Shown in pieces: positions 20,987-33,666 of a stretch of DNA of 64,000 nucleotides. The notes under the pieces are model-generated. The model made no database searches, was not told the DNA's origin, and saw nothing but the letters and a program-made list of their open reading frames with translations. Numbering within the stretch: the first letter of the stretch is position 1; each line of letters starts with the position of its first letter. The translations under genes were made by a program, and so were the position numbers. Source of the stretch: the human T2T-CHM13v2.0 reference genome, Homo sapiens; the NCBI RefSeq assembly GCF_009914755.1, contig NC_060936.1; one strand, 5' to 3'.

Positions 20987-23900
20987 ATGGTGAGGTAAGG
21001 GCCTGCCACCCACGGTAGACAGGAGGCAAGGGTGCCTGGTGCCCACGGGACCCCTCCTCACTGCCCTGCCTGGGCCGCCCAGGTGGTTTCACCGAGACCT
21101 CAGTGGGCTGGATGCAGAGACCCTGCTCAAGGGCCGAGGTGTCCACGGTAGCTTCCTGGCTCGGCCCAGTCGCAAGAACCAGGGTGACTTCTCGCTCTCC
21201 GTCAGGTAGGTGGGCCCCCCGCAACCCCGGGCATTTTGGCCACTCTCTTGTGCCATCCAGGCCCTGAACCACTCATTCCTGGTTCCCCGTGGCAGTGCTG
21301 ACTCCCCGTCTGTTCCCTTGCCCCCAACCCCCACACTCCCCATCCCTGTCTGTGCCCACCCATGCCCATGTGTGCCCCCACCCAGGACCTCAGCCGATCC
21401 CTGCCCTCCTGCCTCTACTCCTGCACCGACTGGCCTCACCGCCTGGTGCCCTGCAGGGTGGGGGATCAGGTGACCCATATTCGGATCCAGAACTCAGGGG
21501 ATTTCTATGACCTGTATGGAGGGGAGAAGTTTGCGACTCTGACAGAGCTGGTGGAGTACTACACTCAGCAGCAGGGTGTCCTGCAGGACCGCGACGGCAC
21601 CATCATCCACCTCAAGTACCCGCTGAACTGCTCCGATCCCACTAGTGAGAGGTGAGGGCTCCGCACCCCCGCCATTCCCAAGCAGGGATGAGCCGGCTCC
21701 CACCCTGAACAGCCAGGGAGGCAGGGAGACTGGCAGCCGGCGCTGCCTACCCTCCATCCCCTCCCCTCCCTGCACCGGCTGGGGCTCTCAATGTCCCTCC
21801 TCCCTGCTGTCCTGGGACCTGGTGTCTCAGAGCCTAACCTACCACCCTTTCCACCTAACCCCGAGGAAGCCACAGAAAGCTGCCTCGCCCTACTCCGGGA
21901 GCCCTGGCCGCTGCAACCCAGGTCCCACTGGAGACAGGGAGGCCACTGCTGGTGGCCAGCATGTCGTGCAGGCCAGCTCTGTTGTTAGAAAGCTCTTCTT
22001 CCTCTGGAATCGAGCCTGCCTTCCTCCGTCTGCCCCTCACCCCAGCACATGTTAGGACAGTGAGGAGCTGACACTGGGGTGAAGATGGGGATGAATGCTT
22101 GCCAAGACACTTGATGCCTTGTCCCAGCCGCCCCGTGGGGATGGGTCTGTCCTGTGGGGTCAAATAGGTCTCCGGCCCAAACAGAGATCATTGAGAGCAC
22201 GATGTGAAGTGTTCACCTGTGTAAAGTGTCTCACGCTGTCCCGGGCACAGAGTAATACTCCAGGCATTTCCTTCCTGTGGCCTCCCCGACTCCTCCTGTG
22301 GTCTCCCAAAGGCATGGGCTGGGGGCTGGGGGCTCTGAATGCTCCTCATGACACCATGGCTCCTTTCAGCAGCCGCATCTCAATGCCAGATCCCCTTAGA
22401 GTAAAGGGCAGCGGAATAACGCTAGGGGGTTTTCACATGCACCCCTGGGCCAAGCCGACTTGCCCTTGCCGTGGATCCCTGCATTCATGGATCGGTTATT
22501 GAAATGATCGGGAACCTTGCTCCTGCCAGCTTGCAGCCTCTCTGAGATTCGGGCCTCCAAACTGCATCAATATTTTTGGTCAAGGCACTGATTGAAACTT
22601 AGAGCTGGATTCGGTCACGGTGCAGCCCTGTGGCCCACCTGGGAGGCCTCCTTTCCTGGATCGGCCTCCTTCAAGGCCTTCCCTCTCTCTGTGAGCCTCA
22701 CGTGGCTGGCTCCGTGTCTGCCCCCTGCCCTTCCTCTTCCCCACCGCAACACTCAGGGGGCTTTTGGCACCGAGACCCTCTAAAGCTCATGTCCTCTCTT
22801 TCTCCTTGCCTCCAGCCAGGAGAGGAGGACGGGCTGACCAGTGCCTGGAGGTGGAAGAGAGGAGCAGGGCCCCAGGAGGCCCCTGCAGAGGAGGCTGAGG
22901 CCTGGGTTCAAGGAGAAGAGAGAAGAGAGAGAAGGAAGGGAGGGCAGTGCCGGGGCGGGAGGTTAAGACCAGGGAAGCCGCACTGGAGGCCCTTTTGGGT
23001 GACCCGTCCCAGGAGCCAGTGTCACCCCTGAGCCTGGGAGTGTGTGAGAGGCTCTTTCTCCCAGGTTCTGCTGTGTCCTCTGCCTTGTCTGTGCGCCTCC
23101 TCCTCTGCGAGAATTTGCATCTGTCCCTCGGTGGCTCTGCGCTTCCTGTGGTCAGCCTGACATTTGCATGGAGACTTCCTCATCCTGGGGCCTGAGGGAA
23201 GGGGCTCAGCCCCCTCCCCGCTACCTGGGGTCCTAGCCTGTCCCCAGGCGGTGGGCTGAAGTAGCCCAGTGGGGTTAGGAGGCTCTGGGGGTCTCTCGGC
23301 TGGAGTCACCTCCGGGCAGGGGTGAGATGGGTTGGGACAGACTGGTCCTCCCCTCCTTCCCCCCATCCCTGCGGTTGGAAAATTTGCCCGCCCTCCCCTC
23401 GTCCCTGGGCTGAGGAAACCTCACAACCTCACTTCTCACTCTCTCCCCAGAAGGAGTTTTGTGTTTTTTCCATCACGTGGTTTCCTGTGGGGCTGGGCTT
23501 TGTGGGGCTACAGTTTCCTCCTGGGAAAGGGGTGTGCTTCGGGGAAAGGGCTTAGTTCTGCTTTCTGCCCTGACAGCCCCTTCAAATCCGTTTGAACCCT
23601 GGGCTCCCCTTCAGTGACATCATCCAGGGCACCCCAGAACCCCCTACACCACTCTTTCCCCAGTGGGGTTGTCTTCCCCGCCTCCCTGGCGGAGCGCACC
23701 CCATCCGCCTTCCTTGTGACTTGAGTCTGTGTGTCCATCTCCCACCACTCCCTGTGGTGTGGCCTCGGTCTGCGTTTCTCTTTGCCTCTGGTCTCTGCTG
23801 GGGCACAGTCCCATCCTTCACGGAGATTCATCCTTAGCTTCTCTCCTCCAAATATTTTGAATATTGCCAGCCTTTCTGCCTTTCAGAGGTGGGCTCTGGG

Positions 23901-26900
23901 TTCGAAGCCCGGTTAGAACTCTGGAGGCTAGGATGGCTTGAACCTGGGAGGTCGAGGCTGCAGAGAGCTGTAACCGCGCCACTGCACTCCAGCCTGGGCA
24001 ACAGAGCTCTGGAAGCTTGCCCTAGAGTCAGTCAAGGGCCCTAGGCCAGTGAGTAACAGCTCAGCGTCAGTTTCCTCATCTATAAAATGGGGGTAATATC
24101 ATACCTAGCTCTCAGCATGTTTGTGAGAGACCTAAATGAGGTGGTGGATTTGGAAGCATGTAGCGCAGTGCCTGGCACACAGTAGGTGCTTGATTTCCGG
24201 CCCCTCTCTGTGAATGTCTCTGCTCAGCGCCTTCCCCTGTGGCCTGGGTCTTACCTTCCCTGACGCTGCCTTCTCTAGGTGGTACCATGGCCACATGTCT
24301 GGCGGGCAGGCAGAGACGCTGCTGCAGGCCAAGGGCGAGCCCTGGACGTTTCTTGTGCGTGAGAGCCTCAGCCAGCCTGGAGACTTCGTGCTTTCTGTGC
24401 TCAGTGACCAGCCCAAGGCTGGCCCAGGCTCCCCGCTCAGGGTCACCCACATCAAGGTCATGTGCGAGGTAAGGCAGCCAGGCGGCGGGGGAGCCTCTGC
24501 TGAGGCTCCTGTCTGTGACCACAGTGTGGGTGGCAGGGAGGGTCTGCCTGGGCTTGAATTCAAGGCTGGGGACCCAGGGAGGGAGACTCAAGTCCTGTGA
24601 ATGGCCTAATTTGGCTCCCCCCAGGGTGGACGCTACACAGTGGGTGGTTTGGAGACCTTCGACAGCCTCACGGACCTGGTGGAGCATTTCAAGAAGACGG
24701 GGATTGAGGAGGCCTCAGGCGCCTTTGTCTACCTGCGGCAGGTCAGGGGTGGGCCCAGCTGCCTCCCCACTTCCCCTGAGCTGTCCCCCAGATGTGAGCT
24801 TCTGGGATCTCTGAGTTGCTGACTTCTCGCTCTTCCCCACCCCAGCCGTACTATGCCACGAGGGTGAATGCGGCTGACATTGAGAACCGAGTGTTGGAAC
24901 TGAACAAGAAGCAGGAGTCCGAGGATACAGCCAAGGCTGGCTTCTGGGAGGAGTTTGAGGTGCATGGTGGGGACCGGCAGGGCTGGGGCAGCTGAGGTGG
25001 TGGCAGCGGCCTGGGGCCCCAGGCGGACACCTTCCCCTCCTTGCCCACCTCTGCTCCTGACCCACCCCACGTGAGCTCCCCCGATGGATGCCCTCTTTGG
25101 GAGCTGATGCTCATTTCCCCACCCACATCTCAGAGTTTGCAGAAGCAGGAGGTGAAGAACTTGCACCAGCGTCTGGAAGGGCAGCGGCCAGAGAACAAGG
25201 GCAAGAACCGCTACAAGAACATTCTCCCCTGTGAGCACCCAGGCTGCCCCATTCACCCAGGATACCGCCCCTGCCCCAGCTGCCTCCCCTCATCTCACAG
25301 GTCTCCACCCTCCACGCCAGGAGGGGCCATCTCCCCACACCCCCCACAGAGCCTCCCCCTTCTCCAAAAGGCCTCTACTCCTCCCAGAAGTGCCTCCCCA
25401 CCACCAGCAGGCAGGTTGCCCCCTGCTCCCAACCTCCTTGTGAACTCCCTCACTCCCTCCATACAGATGATCCCCCACCCCTGCTGCCCACAGTCCCCCG
25501 CAAGCCTCATGGCTTCTGAGACCAGAATGGCCTGTTAGCTCAGGAGGGTCTGACCCAGGTGTGGTGAGTCCCTGGCTAACCCAGACCATCTTGCCTCCTC
25601 TCCGCCCACTCCCAGTTGACCACAGCCGAGTGATCCTGCAGGGACGGGACAGTAACATCCCCGGGTCCGACTACATCAATGCCAACTACATCAAGGTCAG
25701 CAGTGTGGGCCACGTGAGAGGAGAGGCTGGGCCCTGGGAATTCCCTGTCTGGTGGGGGGACCCTAGATCCAGAGACAGCTGGGCAAAGCCGAAGCTGGCT
25801 TCTTGCATGGGTGAGGGTGGCAGTGGTTCAGGGCCTGTGCTGGGCCAAGGGGCTCACTGTCTTGGGGTGCGTCTCTCCACGCTTGCATCCAGAACCAGCT
25901 GCTAGGCCCTGATGAGAACGCTAAGACCTACATCGCCAGCCAGGGCTGTCTGGAGGCCACGGTCAATGACTTCTGGCAGATGGCGTGGCAGGAGAACAGC
26001 CGTGTCATCGTCATGACCACCCGAGAGGTGGAGAAAGGCCGGGTAGGGCGCCCCCCCTTCCCCGCATCCGCCCCCGTGCTTGTGGTCATGCCATTAAGTC
26101 GAAGAGCAGTCAGATGCCAGGGCAGAAAGGGATCTCAGGGGTGAGGGTCCGGCCCTTGTTGGGAAACTGAGGGCTAGTGACAAAGTCTCGACTACACAAC
26201 GTGACCCCCAGATCCCTGCATGCATCCCTGGGCTCTTCTGAGCTCCAGACCCAGGTTCCAGGCTGTCCTCCTTCCTCCTACCCCTGCCCCACCTGTCTGC
26301 ATCCAGGCCCCTCCTGTCCTCCCTGCCCCATAGATCTCTCTGGAGTCTGCCCCTTACCCTGCAGGCTCCCCCTACACAGCACCCTCTGTGCTGCCATTGA
26401 AGTGATCCCATCCGTGACACAAACTGGGTCAAGTTCCTTCCTTTCTGAAATCTCTTCCATGGCTCCTGGTCACCTTTGGGATAAAGTCGCACTCTAAGGC
26501 CTGGCATTCAAGGTCTGGTGGCTTCCCTCTGACCCGCACGCTTCTCTTGAAGGCTCACCGCCCCCAGCAGCCCCAGCTCTTTCAGGTTCCCAGCCTTTCT
26601 TTGCACAAGCTCATTTTCTGCTAGGAAATGACTCTCTCCACACTATCTCTGCCTGGCAGATGCCTCGTTTTTGAAGACACAGCCGGAGCGCTGCCTCCTC
26701 TGTGAATCCAGGTCTTGTTTCCTCCAGGACCTAGAGGGAGAATTACGTCTTTCCCAGCCACGCTCCTCAGCGCGGTGTCTCCCCCGGTCACCTGTCTCTG
26801 TGAGCTCCTCGAGGCACAGGGGCACAGACTGGGTGTTATTTGTGTCTGTGAAGCTGTGTGGTTTGCACAGCTTCGGGGACAATGCCTGCCCTGGCAACGT

Positions 26901-29900
26901 TTGTTGAATGACAAACGGATGTACCGGTGAAGTGGCTGGCCAGGCCTCACCACCTGTTGGTGGTTGATCTGAGACGAGAGCCCAGGTCTCCTGCCTCTCT
27001 GCCAGCCCATCCGTCCATCCAACAAATGTTTGGGCCGGTGCCAGGCACTCAGAACATAGAGCAGGACCTGGGATGGGCCACAGTGCCCTGCTCTGTGCCT
27101 CATCCCCACCCGACCCTCCCTTTCCAGAACAAATGCGTCCCATACTGGCCCGAGGTGGGCATGCAGCGTGCTTATGGGCCCTACTCTGTGACCAACTGCG
27201 GGGAGCATGACACAACCGAATACAAACTCCGTACCTTACAGGTCTCCCCGCTGGACAATGTGAGTGGCCCCCACGCCCTGCCCCATTCCGGGAGTCCCTC
27301 CCTGGACTTGTTCTCCTCTCTGGTCGGGTAGGGTGAGATGGATGAGGTGTTCCGAGAGAGGAGGGGGCACTGACCCTATGTCCTCGGCTTAGGGAGACCT
27401 GATTCGGGAGATCTGGCATTACCAGTACCTGAGCTGGCCCGACCATGGGGTCCCCAGTGAGCCTGGGGGTGTCCTCAGCTTCCTGGACCAGATCAACCAG
27501 CGGCAGGAAAGTCTGCCTCACGCAGGGCCCATCATCGTGCACTGCAGGTGAGGATGATAATCCTGATGGTAGTAGTGACAGCTGAGAAGTAAATACTGCT
27601 AAGTGCCATGAGCTGTTATAAGCAATATAAACGTTAGCTCGCACATTGAGTGCCCTCCGCTCACCCCCGGCTTCTCCTGGGTCCCCTCATGGCTCCAGAA
27701 CCCTGGGTGGATCGTGGCTGGAACCAGCCCCACTTTGGCCCTCTGCCTGTGGGTATCTTCCTCAGAGCCCTCTCCGGATGTACCATCTCGCCCAACCCTG
27801 CCAAATACAGAGGAGGAGCCCGGGACCCAGTTGCTGGCCAGGCCCAAGCTAGTCAGGGCAAGGCCAGGCAGGCACCCACAGTAGGCCTGTGTCCCGGCTG
27901 CTCCGCTTTCTCTCGAGGTCCCATTCTGTTGGTTTCTTCTCCCAGGAACATCTATGAGGCATGTGCTCCCCATTCCTCCTCTTTTTCCATCGGTAGCCGC
28001 AGGGCTTCGGCTTCTTCCTGACTCTGCCCTCTCTCCCAGCTTCCCCAGGCAGTGCCCCATCCTGGCCCCCAGGGCTGTGTGGGGATGGGTGATGCTTCTT
28101 TGGGGCTGCACATAACTCCTCTGTCTATCTACCCGCATGTTTGTGATCAGGAGACCTCTGGTAAGGTGCAGAGGTGGGGGCTGCAAGGAGGAGCAGGGGT
28201 TCCACAGGTGAGCCCACTGAGCTGGCCTGGCCTGGGTGGATGAGAGGCAGTGGGTGCAGGGCCCCTCCGCTTACCAGCTGTGTGGTCTTGGACAAATTAC
28301 TTAACTTTTCTAACCCTCAGCTTCCTCATCTGTAAAATCAGGATCTCAGGGTTGTCGTGAGAACTCAATGAGACCCTATCGTTGTGGCTGGAATTCCGTC
28401 AGCCCTCAAAAACTGGGCGCTGTTACTAGTTTAGTAACTCACATCAGGCAGAGAATAGGGGAATGGGAACCTGCCTTGCCCCGGTCCCTTCCCACTCCCT
28501 CCGTGGACCCCAGGCCTGCGACGGCCTCTGGCTTCCTCCTCTTCCCCCAGCAGCTGTTTGTCCTGGGACAGGGCAAGTCGGCTGAATCTAGAGGTGCCCC
28601 CGATGGGCTGTCCGGGGACGCGGCTCTGTCCTGTGCTCTCTCAGGGACAGGCCCATCCCCGAGAGCTACCCTCCTGCTCACCCGCCACACACACATTCAC
28701 ACACTTCTTGAAAGCCCCATGGCCTTTATTTAGACGTTACAGGAAGGAAGTGGGTGTGGGGGGTTATTTTTGACAATCTGGGTTTGAAATTAGACAGCGC
28801 GACTCAGGGCATCAGCTTGCTGGGCTCAGCTGAGGGTGGGCCTGGGGTCTCCCTGAGGTCTGTTTGCCCAGGGCTGGGAAAGGAGAGAAACTTCCTACTG
28901 CACTGCTCCCCTGAGTCCCCTGACCCTGTGCCCCCGCACCCTGCTGTCTCAGGGCTATCCTTTCCCTGACGTCAGGGTTTGAAGGAAAAGGGAAGTGAAG
29001 CCATGCTGAGAGACGCTCCATAACTCCTTCAGGGAGAGGCGGGGAGGGCTCAGGGTACCTGGGAGCCGGCAGGACAGTGGTGGGATTTGGGGGTCCCAGG
29101 TCTTCCGGGGTGGGGGCAGCCACTCACTAGGAGTGAGGAGTCGGCGCGAGGAGTGGAGGAGGGAAGGATGGTGGCAGCTGGGGAGCCAGCGTCAGCACCG
29201 CAGAGCCCGAGGTGGAGCGTGTCCATGCAGAGCTGGGCAAACCTCCATCATCACTTGCCCGGTGACCCTGGGCACATTCCCTCCCATCACTGGAGGCTCA
29301 GGCTGCTCCTGTGGTGCCTGGGGCTGGAGCTGAGCGCTGGGTACCCCCCTTCCCGGGGAGGGCTTGACTGGCCTCTGATGGCACCCCCGTCTTTCCCCAG
29401 CGCCGGCATCGGCCGCACAGGCACCATCATTGTCATCGACATGCTCATGGAGAACATCTCCACCAAGGGTGAGGGGCACCTGGGGGTTTGGGGGTGGGGG
29501 GTGAGCAGCCCCTCGGTGTCCGCCTATGCCTGGACCTGAGGTTTGACTGCCCCCCACCCAGGCCTGGACTGTGACATTGACATCCAGAAGACCATCCAGA
29601 TGGTGCGGGCGCAGCGCTCGGGCATGGTGCAGACGGAGGCGCAGTACAAGTTCATCTACGTGGCCATCGCCCAGTTCATTGAAACCACTAAGAAGAAGCT
29701 GGAGGTCCTGCAGGTGCGTGCAGAGCAGGGCCTGGCGGGGGGGGGGGCTGCAGTGCAGGATGGGTGCCACCTGGCCCTGCTGGGACCACCACCTTCCCAC
29801 TGTCCCTCTGCCCACAGTCGCAGAAGGGCCAGGAGTCGGAGTACGGGAACATCACCTATCCCCCAGCCATGAAGAATGCCCATGCCAAGGCCTCCCGCAC

Positions 29901-30394
29901 CTCGTCCAAGTGAGTGGCCCTGACTGCCACCGCCCGGCATCCACCCCTTTGTCCTGCCCAGCCCAATCCTCACTTTCTGGAGAGGACAAGTGTTGCAGCT
30001 GGGGGGACCTGGCTTCAAGTTCAGGCTTGGTTCTCACCCCTTCTGTTCATAAGCATTTCCTGAGTGCCCACACGTGTGGGCCTCTGCTAGGTACCAGCAG
30101 CGCACTCGTGTATGAGATGTAGCCTCTGTCCTCTAGGAGCTTGGAGTCTAGTGCAGGGACCGTGGCTGCGTCACCTGTGAGACGGGGTGGCCAGAGGGGA
30201 CTGCCAGTGCCGGGTCCCCCTGTGCTGTCTCCTGACCTGCACCAACTGCCTGTACTTGCCCCCCTGCACCCGGCTGCAGACACAAGGAGGATGTGTATGA
30301 GAACCTGCACACTAAGAACAAGAGGGAGGAGAAAGTGAAGAAGCAGCGGTCAGCAGACAAGGAGAAGAGCAAGGGTTCCCTCAAGAGGAAGTGA
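20987..30394 (+). CDS. PTPN6: Tyrosine-protein phosphatase non-receptor type 6 (SHP-1), 595 aa
   Basis: Exons 20987-20994, 21083-21205, 21457-21651, 24279-24468, 24625-24741, 24846-24959, 25134-25230, 25616-25695, 25893-26042, 27128-27259, 27393-27547, 29401-29468, 29562-29713, 29818-29909, 30280-30394 = 1788 nt. Two SH2 domains, KNRY, WPD, and HCS|AGIGR split by intron 27548-29400. 3' UTR intron 30420-30599; AATAAA 30768-30773. Confidence 0.98.
30137..30338 (+). CDS. PTPN6: Alternative C-terminus of the SHP-1L isoform (624 aa) from an upstream acceptor
   Basis: ctctag|GAGCTTGGAG acceptor gives ...[14 protein letters not shown]...RTRGRRK*; 1673+202=1875 nt. Confidence 0.85.
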
Positions 30395-32641
30395 GCGGTG
30401 CTGTCCTCAGGTGGCCATGGTACAGCTCTTCTGCCTGGGTGTCCTCCCTGCCCTGCCCTGTGTCCTTGGCTCCACTGCCTTCCCTGGGTGGATGGGGTGG
30501 CCGCAGCCTCATTCTGTGCTTCCCAGCTGCCCCAGACCCTCTTGTTCCACCTCCAGGTTCCAGCTACCCTCTCACTCCCTCACTCCCTTCTCTTGGCAGC
30601 CTCAGCCCTGACCCTGTGGAAGCATTTCGCGATGGACAGACTCACAACCTGAACCTAGGAGTGCCCCATTCTTTTGTAATTTAAATGGCTGCATCCCCCC
30701 CACCTCTCCCTGACCCTGTATATAGCCCAGCCAGGCCCCAGGCAGGGCCAACCCTTCTCCTCTTGTAAATAAAGCCCTGGGATCACTGTGTGTCGCCTCT
30801 GAGCCCTTTGCTTGCCCAGTGAGTGGGCGGCCAGAGGGCAGGGCAGGATGGGTAACTGTGTGTGCCTCCGTGCGTGCCTCGCGTGAAAGCTCCGCCTTCC
30901 GTCAGACGGACGTGGGTCGGGACTCCGCCTCGCACGTGGGAGGGTGACCGTGGGTGAAGCTCCCCAGTCTCCTTCTTTAAAATGGAGGGCGATCATAACA
31001 GGGTGGTTGTGAAAAGCACCGAGATGACGGCTGACGATAAGACGGGCACAGTGACTCATCACACGCTTGCCATGTGCCCAGGCACTAAAAGACTACACAC
31101 GTTAGTTCAGTCTAGGCACTTCTGTCATTCTCATTTTACCGTGGCGGAAACTGAGGGACAGAAAAACTAAGTAACTTGGTCACTTGCCCAAGGTCACAGG
31201 GCTATGGAACAGTGAGGCTGGGATTCGAACCCAGGCTGTCTGACCCCAGAGCCCACACTCCTTACCCTGGAGTTGCAGCTGGGGCCACCCTCAGGGGGGC
31301 CCTGATCACACTCCCCTGATGCTGAGTTCCAGATCTGAACTAAGAAGAGTAGTTAACAGCCGGAAGCGCAGACCTGAGGCCAGCCCGGCTGCGTCCCCTC
31401 TGGCGGGAACAGGGACAGGCTCCTCAGAGCACCCGGGCACGCCCAGCTCCTCCCCTCATCCAGGCCGCTGCTGCCCTTATCCTCTTGGGCAGAGTTTGAA
31501 GAGCTGGCTGACGTGAAGAGTGCTTTGTTTTTTGTCCCCTCTTCCTTCCCCCATGTCAGGAGTGGGGTTTCTTCTTTATTTGAAACACTGGTGTCCTGGG
31601 GAGTAAAGCCGGTGGGAGTCATCCCTCAGGAAGTGCTGGCGCCCACTCCTGGAAAGGCTGAGACAGCACAGGTCCCAAAGCCCAGAGGCTGGGCGTGCAT
31701 TACTCAGCAAATCCTTACAGAGCCCCCGGCGTCACAGGCATTCACAGTCCCCCGACCTCCTGGAACTTAGGAGGCTGGTCAGGGAGACAGATTCACAAAC
31801 CGATCACAAGCATCAAATAATTGCAGGCGGGTATTAAGAAGGAAGCAAACAAAGCCTGGGAGAGAGAACAGCGAGGGATTGAGCAACCCAATAGCTCCCT
31901 GGGGCTGTGGCCCTCCAGGGCACGGGTGGGGCAATCACCTGTCGGGCCCAGGTCCCCTCTCCCAGCAACGCCCTTTCTATACAAGCCGCAGCTGCACAAA
32001 GGCAAGTCCCACCTCCTCTAACCGCCCTTGGGCTACCTGCCCTTGGGGTGGGACTTGGACTCCACTGAGGGCTGTGCTGTGAGGTGGGTCCGGGAGCAGC
32101 TCGGTCCGGAGAGTGGAGCGCGATCGTTCCCTCTGCAGGCCTCAATCGAGGGGCAAGGCTGATGCTCCGGGCCAGCTGGGGTCTCTGGGTAGCGGTGGGT
32201 AACTTCACACTAGCGACACCTTGCTGGGACCCGCCTGCCCTTCACAGGCCTGGCGGGGCCTTCTCCCTCCCCTTTCCCTCAGGGGATCCCAGCACAGGCT
32301 GGGCACTGCGGGGCGGCACAGCCCAACTCCTGCCCAGCTGACCCCTCGCTGACCTCAGGGATCTCTCTGGCCTGCCAGCTCCGCTGTGGGCAGGGTCTGA
32401 GGCCACAGAGGAATGGGCTAGTCCTGGGGGCAGCATCTGCTGTGGGGAGGGGACCCAAGGACAGCCCCCGCTTTTTGTACCTCTGGAGACAGGGGTGAGA
32501 CTAGGCAGGTTGGAGAAAAGAGGCCCCTGGGAGAGGGTGGGAGGCCTAGAGGAGTGGCCAAGCCTTAGAGGAGGTGCCCGTGGCTGGCGCTGGGAGGGAA
32601 GGGGTTAAGGCAGTGGGGGGGCAGCCTATGGCAGGAGGACA

Positions 32642-32826
32642 CACCTGTGCGCAGGGTGGCAGGCGGGGCCCAGGTAAGGAGCCTGCGCTGGCTGCCCGGC
32701 AGGCGGAGAAGGAAGGAGGAAGAGCGGAGGCCAGGGCGGGCTCTAGGCCGTGGAATCTGGGGCCTTAAAGCCCCTTCGTCTCCCCAGCACCCACTCTCTG
32801 GGGGCAGGTGGGCCCGGTGACAGGTA
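32642..32826 (+). promoter_or_regulatory. miR-200c/141 promoter with ZEB1/2-type sites
   Basis: CACCTG 32642-32647, CAGGTA 32671-32676, CAGGTG 32805-32810, CAGGTA 32821-32826; GC boxes. Confidence 0.8.
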
Positions 32827-33173
32827 AAGGCCACCAGGGGAGAGGTCCTGGGCTGAGCTTGGGACTGCAGAGGGGGGATGAGGGTGGGTAAATCGGTGTG
32901 TGTCGCGGGTCGGGAAAGGCTGCCGGGGGTAGGGGAAGGTGGCTCAGAGGCGGCGGGCCGACGGTCGAGGGGCTTCGGAGGGCCTGCTTGGACTGCAACC
33001 TGGGCCTCGTGATCAGCGACCCAGGGTGTGGCTGGTGGCGGGCAGCAGGGCTCACCAGGAAGTGTCCCCAGGGACTCGGGTGGTGGGGGGATGGGAGCCA
33101 GGGATCTGCAGCTTTTCCGCAGGGATCCTGGGCCTGAAGCTGCCTGACCCAAGGTGGGCGGGCTGGGCGGGGG

Positions 33174-33241
33174 CCCTCGTCTTACCCAGCAGTGTTTGGG
33201 TGCGGTTGGGAGTCTCTAATACTGCCGGGTAATGATGGAGG
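33174..33241 (+). ncRNA. MIR200C: pre-miR-200c (5p 33178-33199; 3p 33217-33239)
   Basis: Mature TAATACTGCCGGGTAATGATGGA within a hairpin. Confidence 0.98.
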
Positions 33242-33571
33242 CCCCTGTCCCTGTGTCAGCAACATCCATCGCCTCAGGTCCCCAGCCCTTAGCTGGCTGC
33301 AGCCCCCTCCCCACTTCCCACGCACCCCGGAAGCCCCTCGTCTTGAGCTGAGAGCGTTGCACAAGGGGTGGTTCTTGTTGGCTGGCTGCCACTAAGGGAC
33401 ACAATGGGCCCCAGCCCCTCCTCCCACCCAGTGCGATTTGTCACCTGGTGGATCCAGAACCCACAGTCGACCTTGAGCTTGGGGTTGGCTCGCCCCCTCT
33501 CAAGAGACCTCACCTGGCCTGTGGCCAGGGTCCCCTGTAGCAACTGGTGAGCGCGCACCGTAGTTCTCTGT

Positions 33572-33666
33572 CGGCCGGCCCTGGGTCCATCTTCCAGTAC
33601 AGTGTTGGATGGTCTAATTGTGAAGCTCCTAACACTGTCTGGTAAAGATGGCTCCCGGGTGGGTTC
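33572..33666 (+). ncRNA. MIR141: pre-miR-141 (5p 33588-33609; 3p 33630-33651)
   Basis: Mature TAACACTGTCTGGTAAAGATGG within a hairpin. Confidence 0.98.

Noticed and set aside
26643-27644. 333-aa minus-strand ORF
   Set aside because: Antisense to GC-rich PTPN6 exons and L2/MIR debris; no recognisable domain and a non-ATG start.
29482-29747. G-runs with quadruplex potential in short PTPN6 introns, including G11 at 29737-29747
   Set aside because: G-runs are typical splicing enhancers in short GC-rich introns; nothing distinguishes these.
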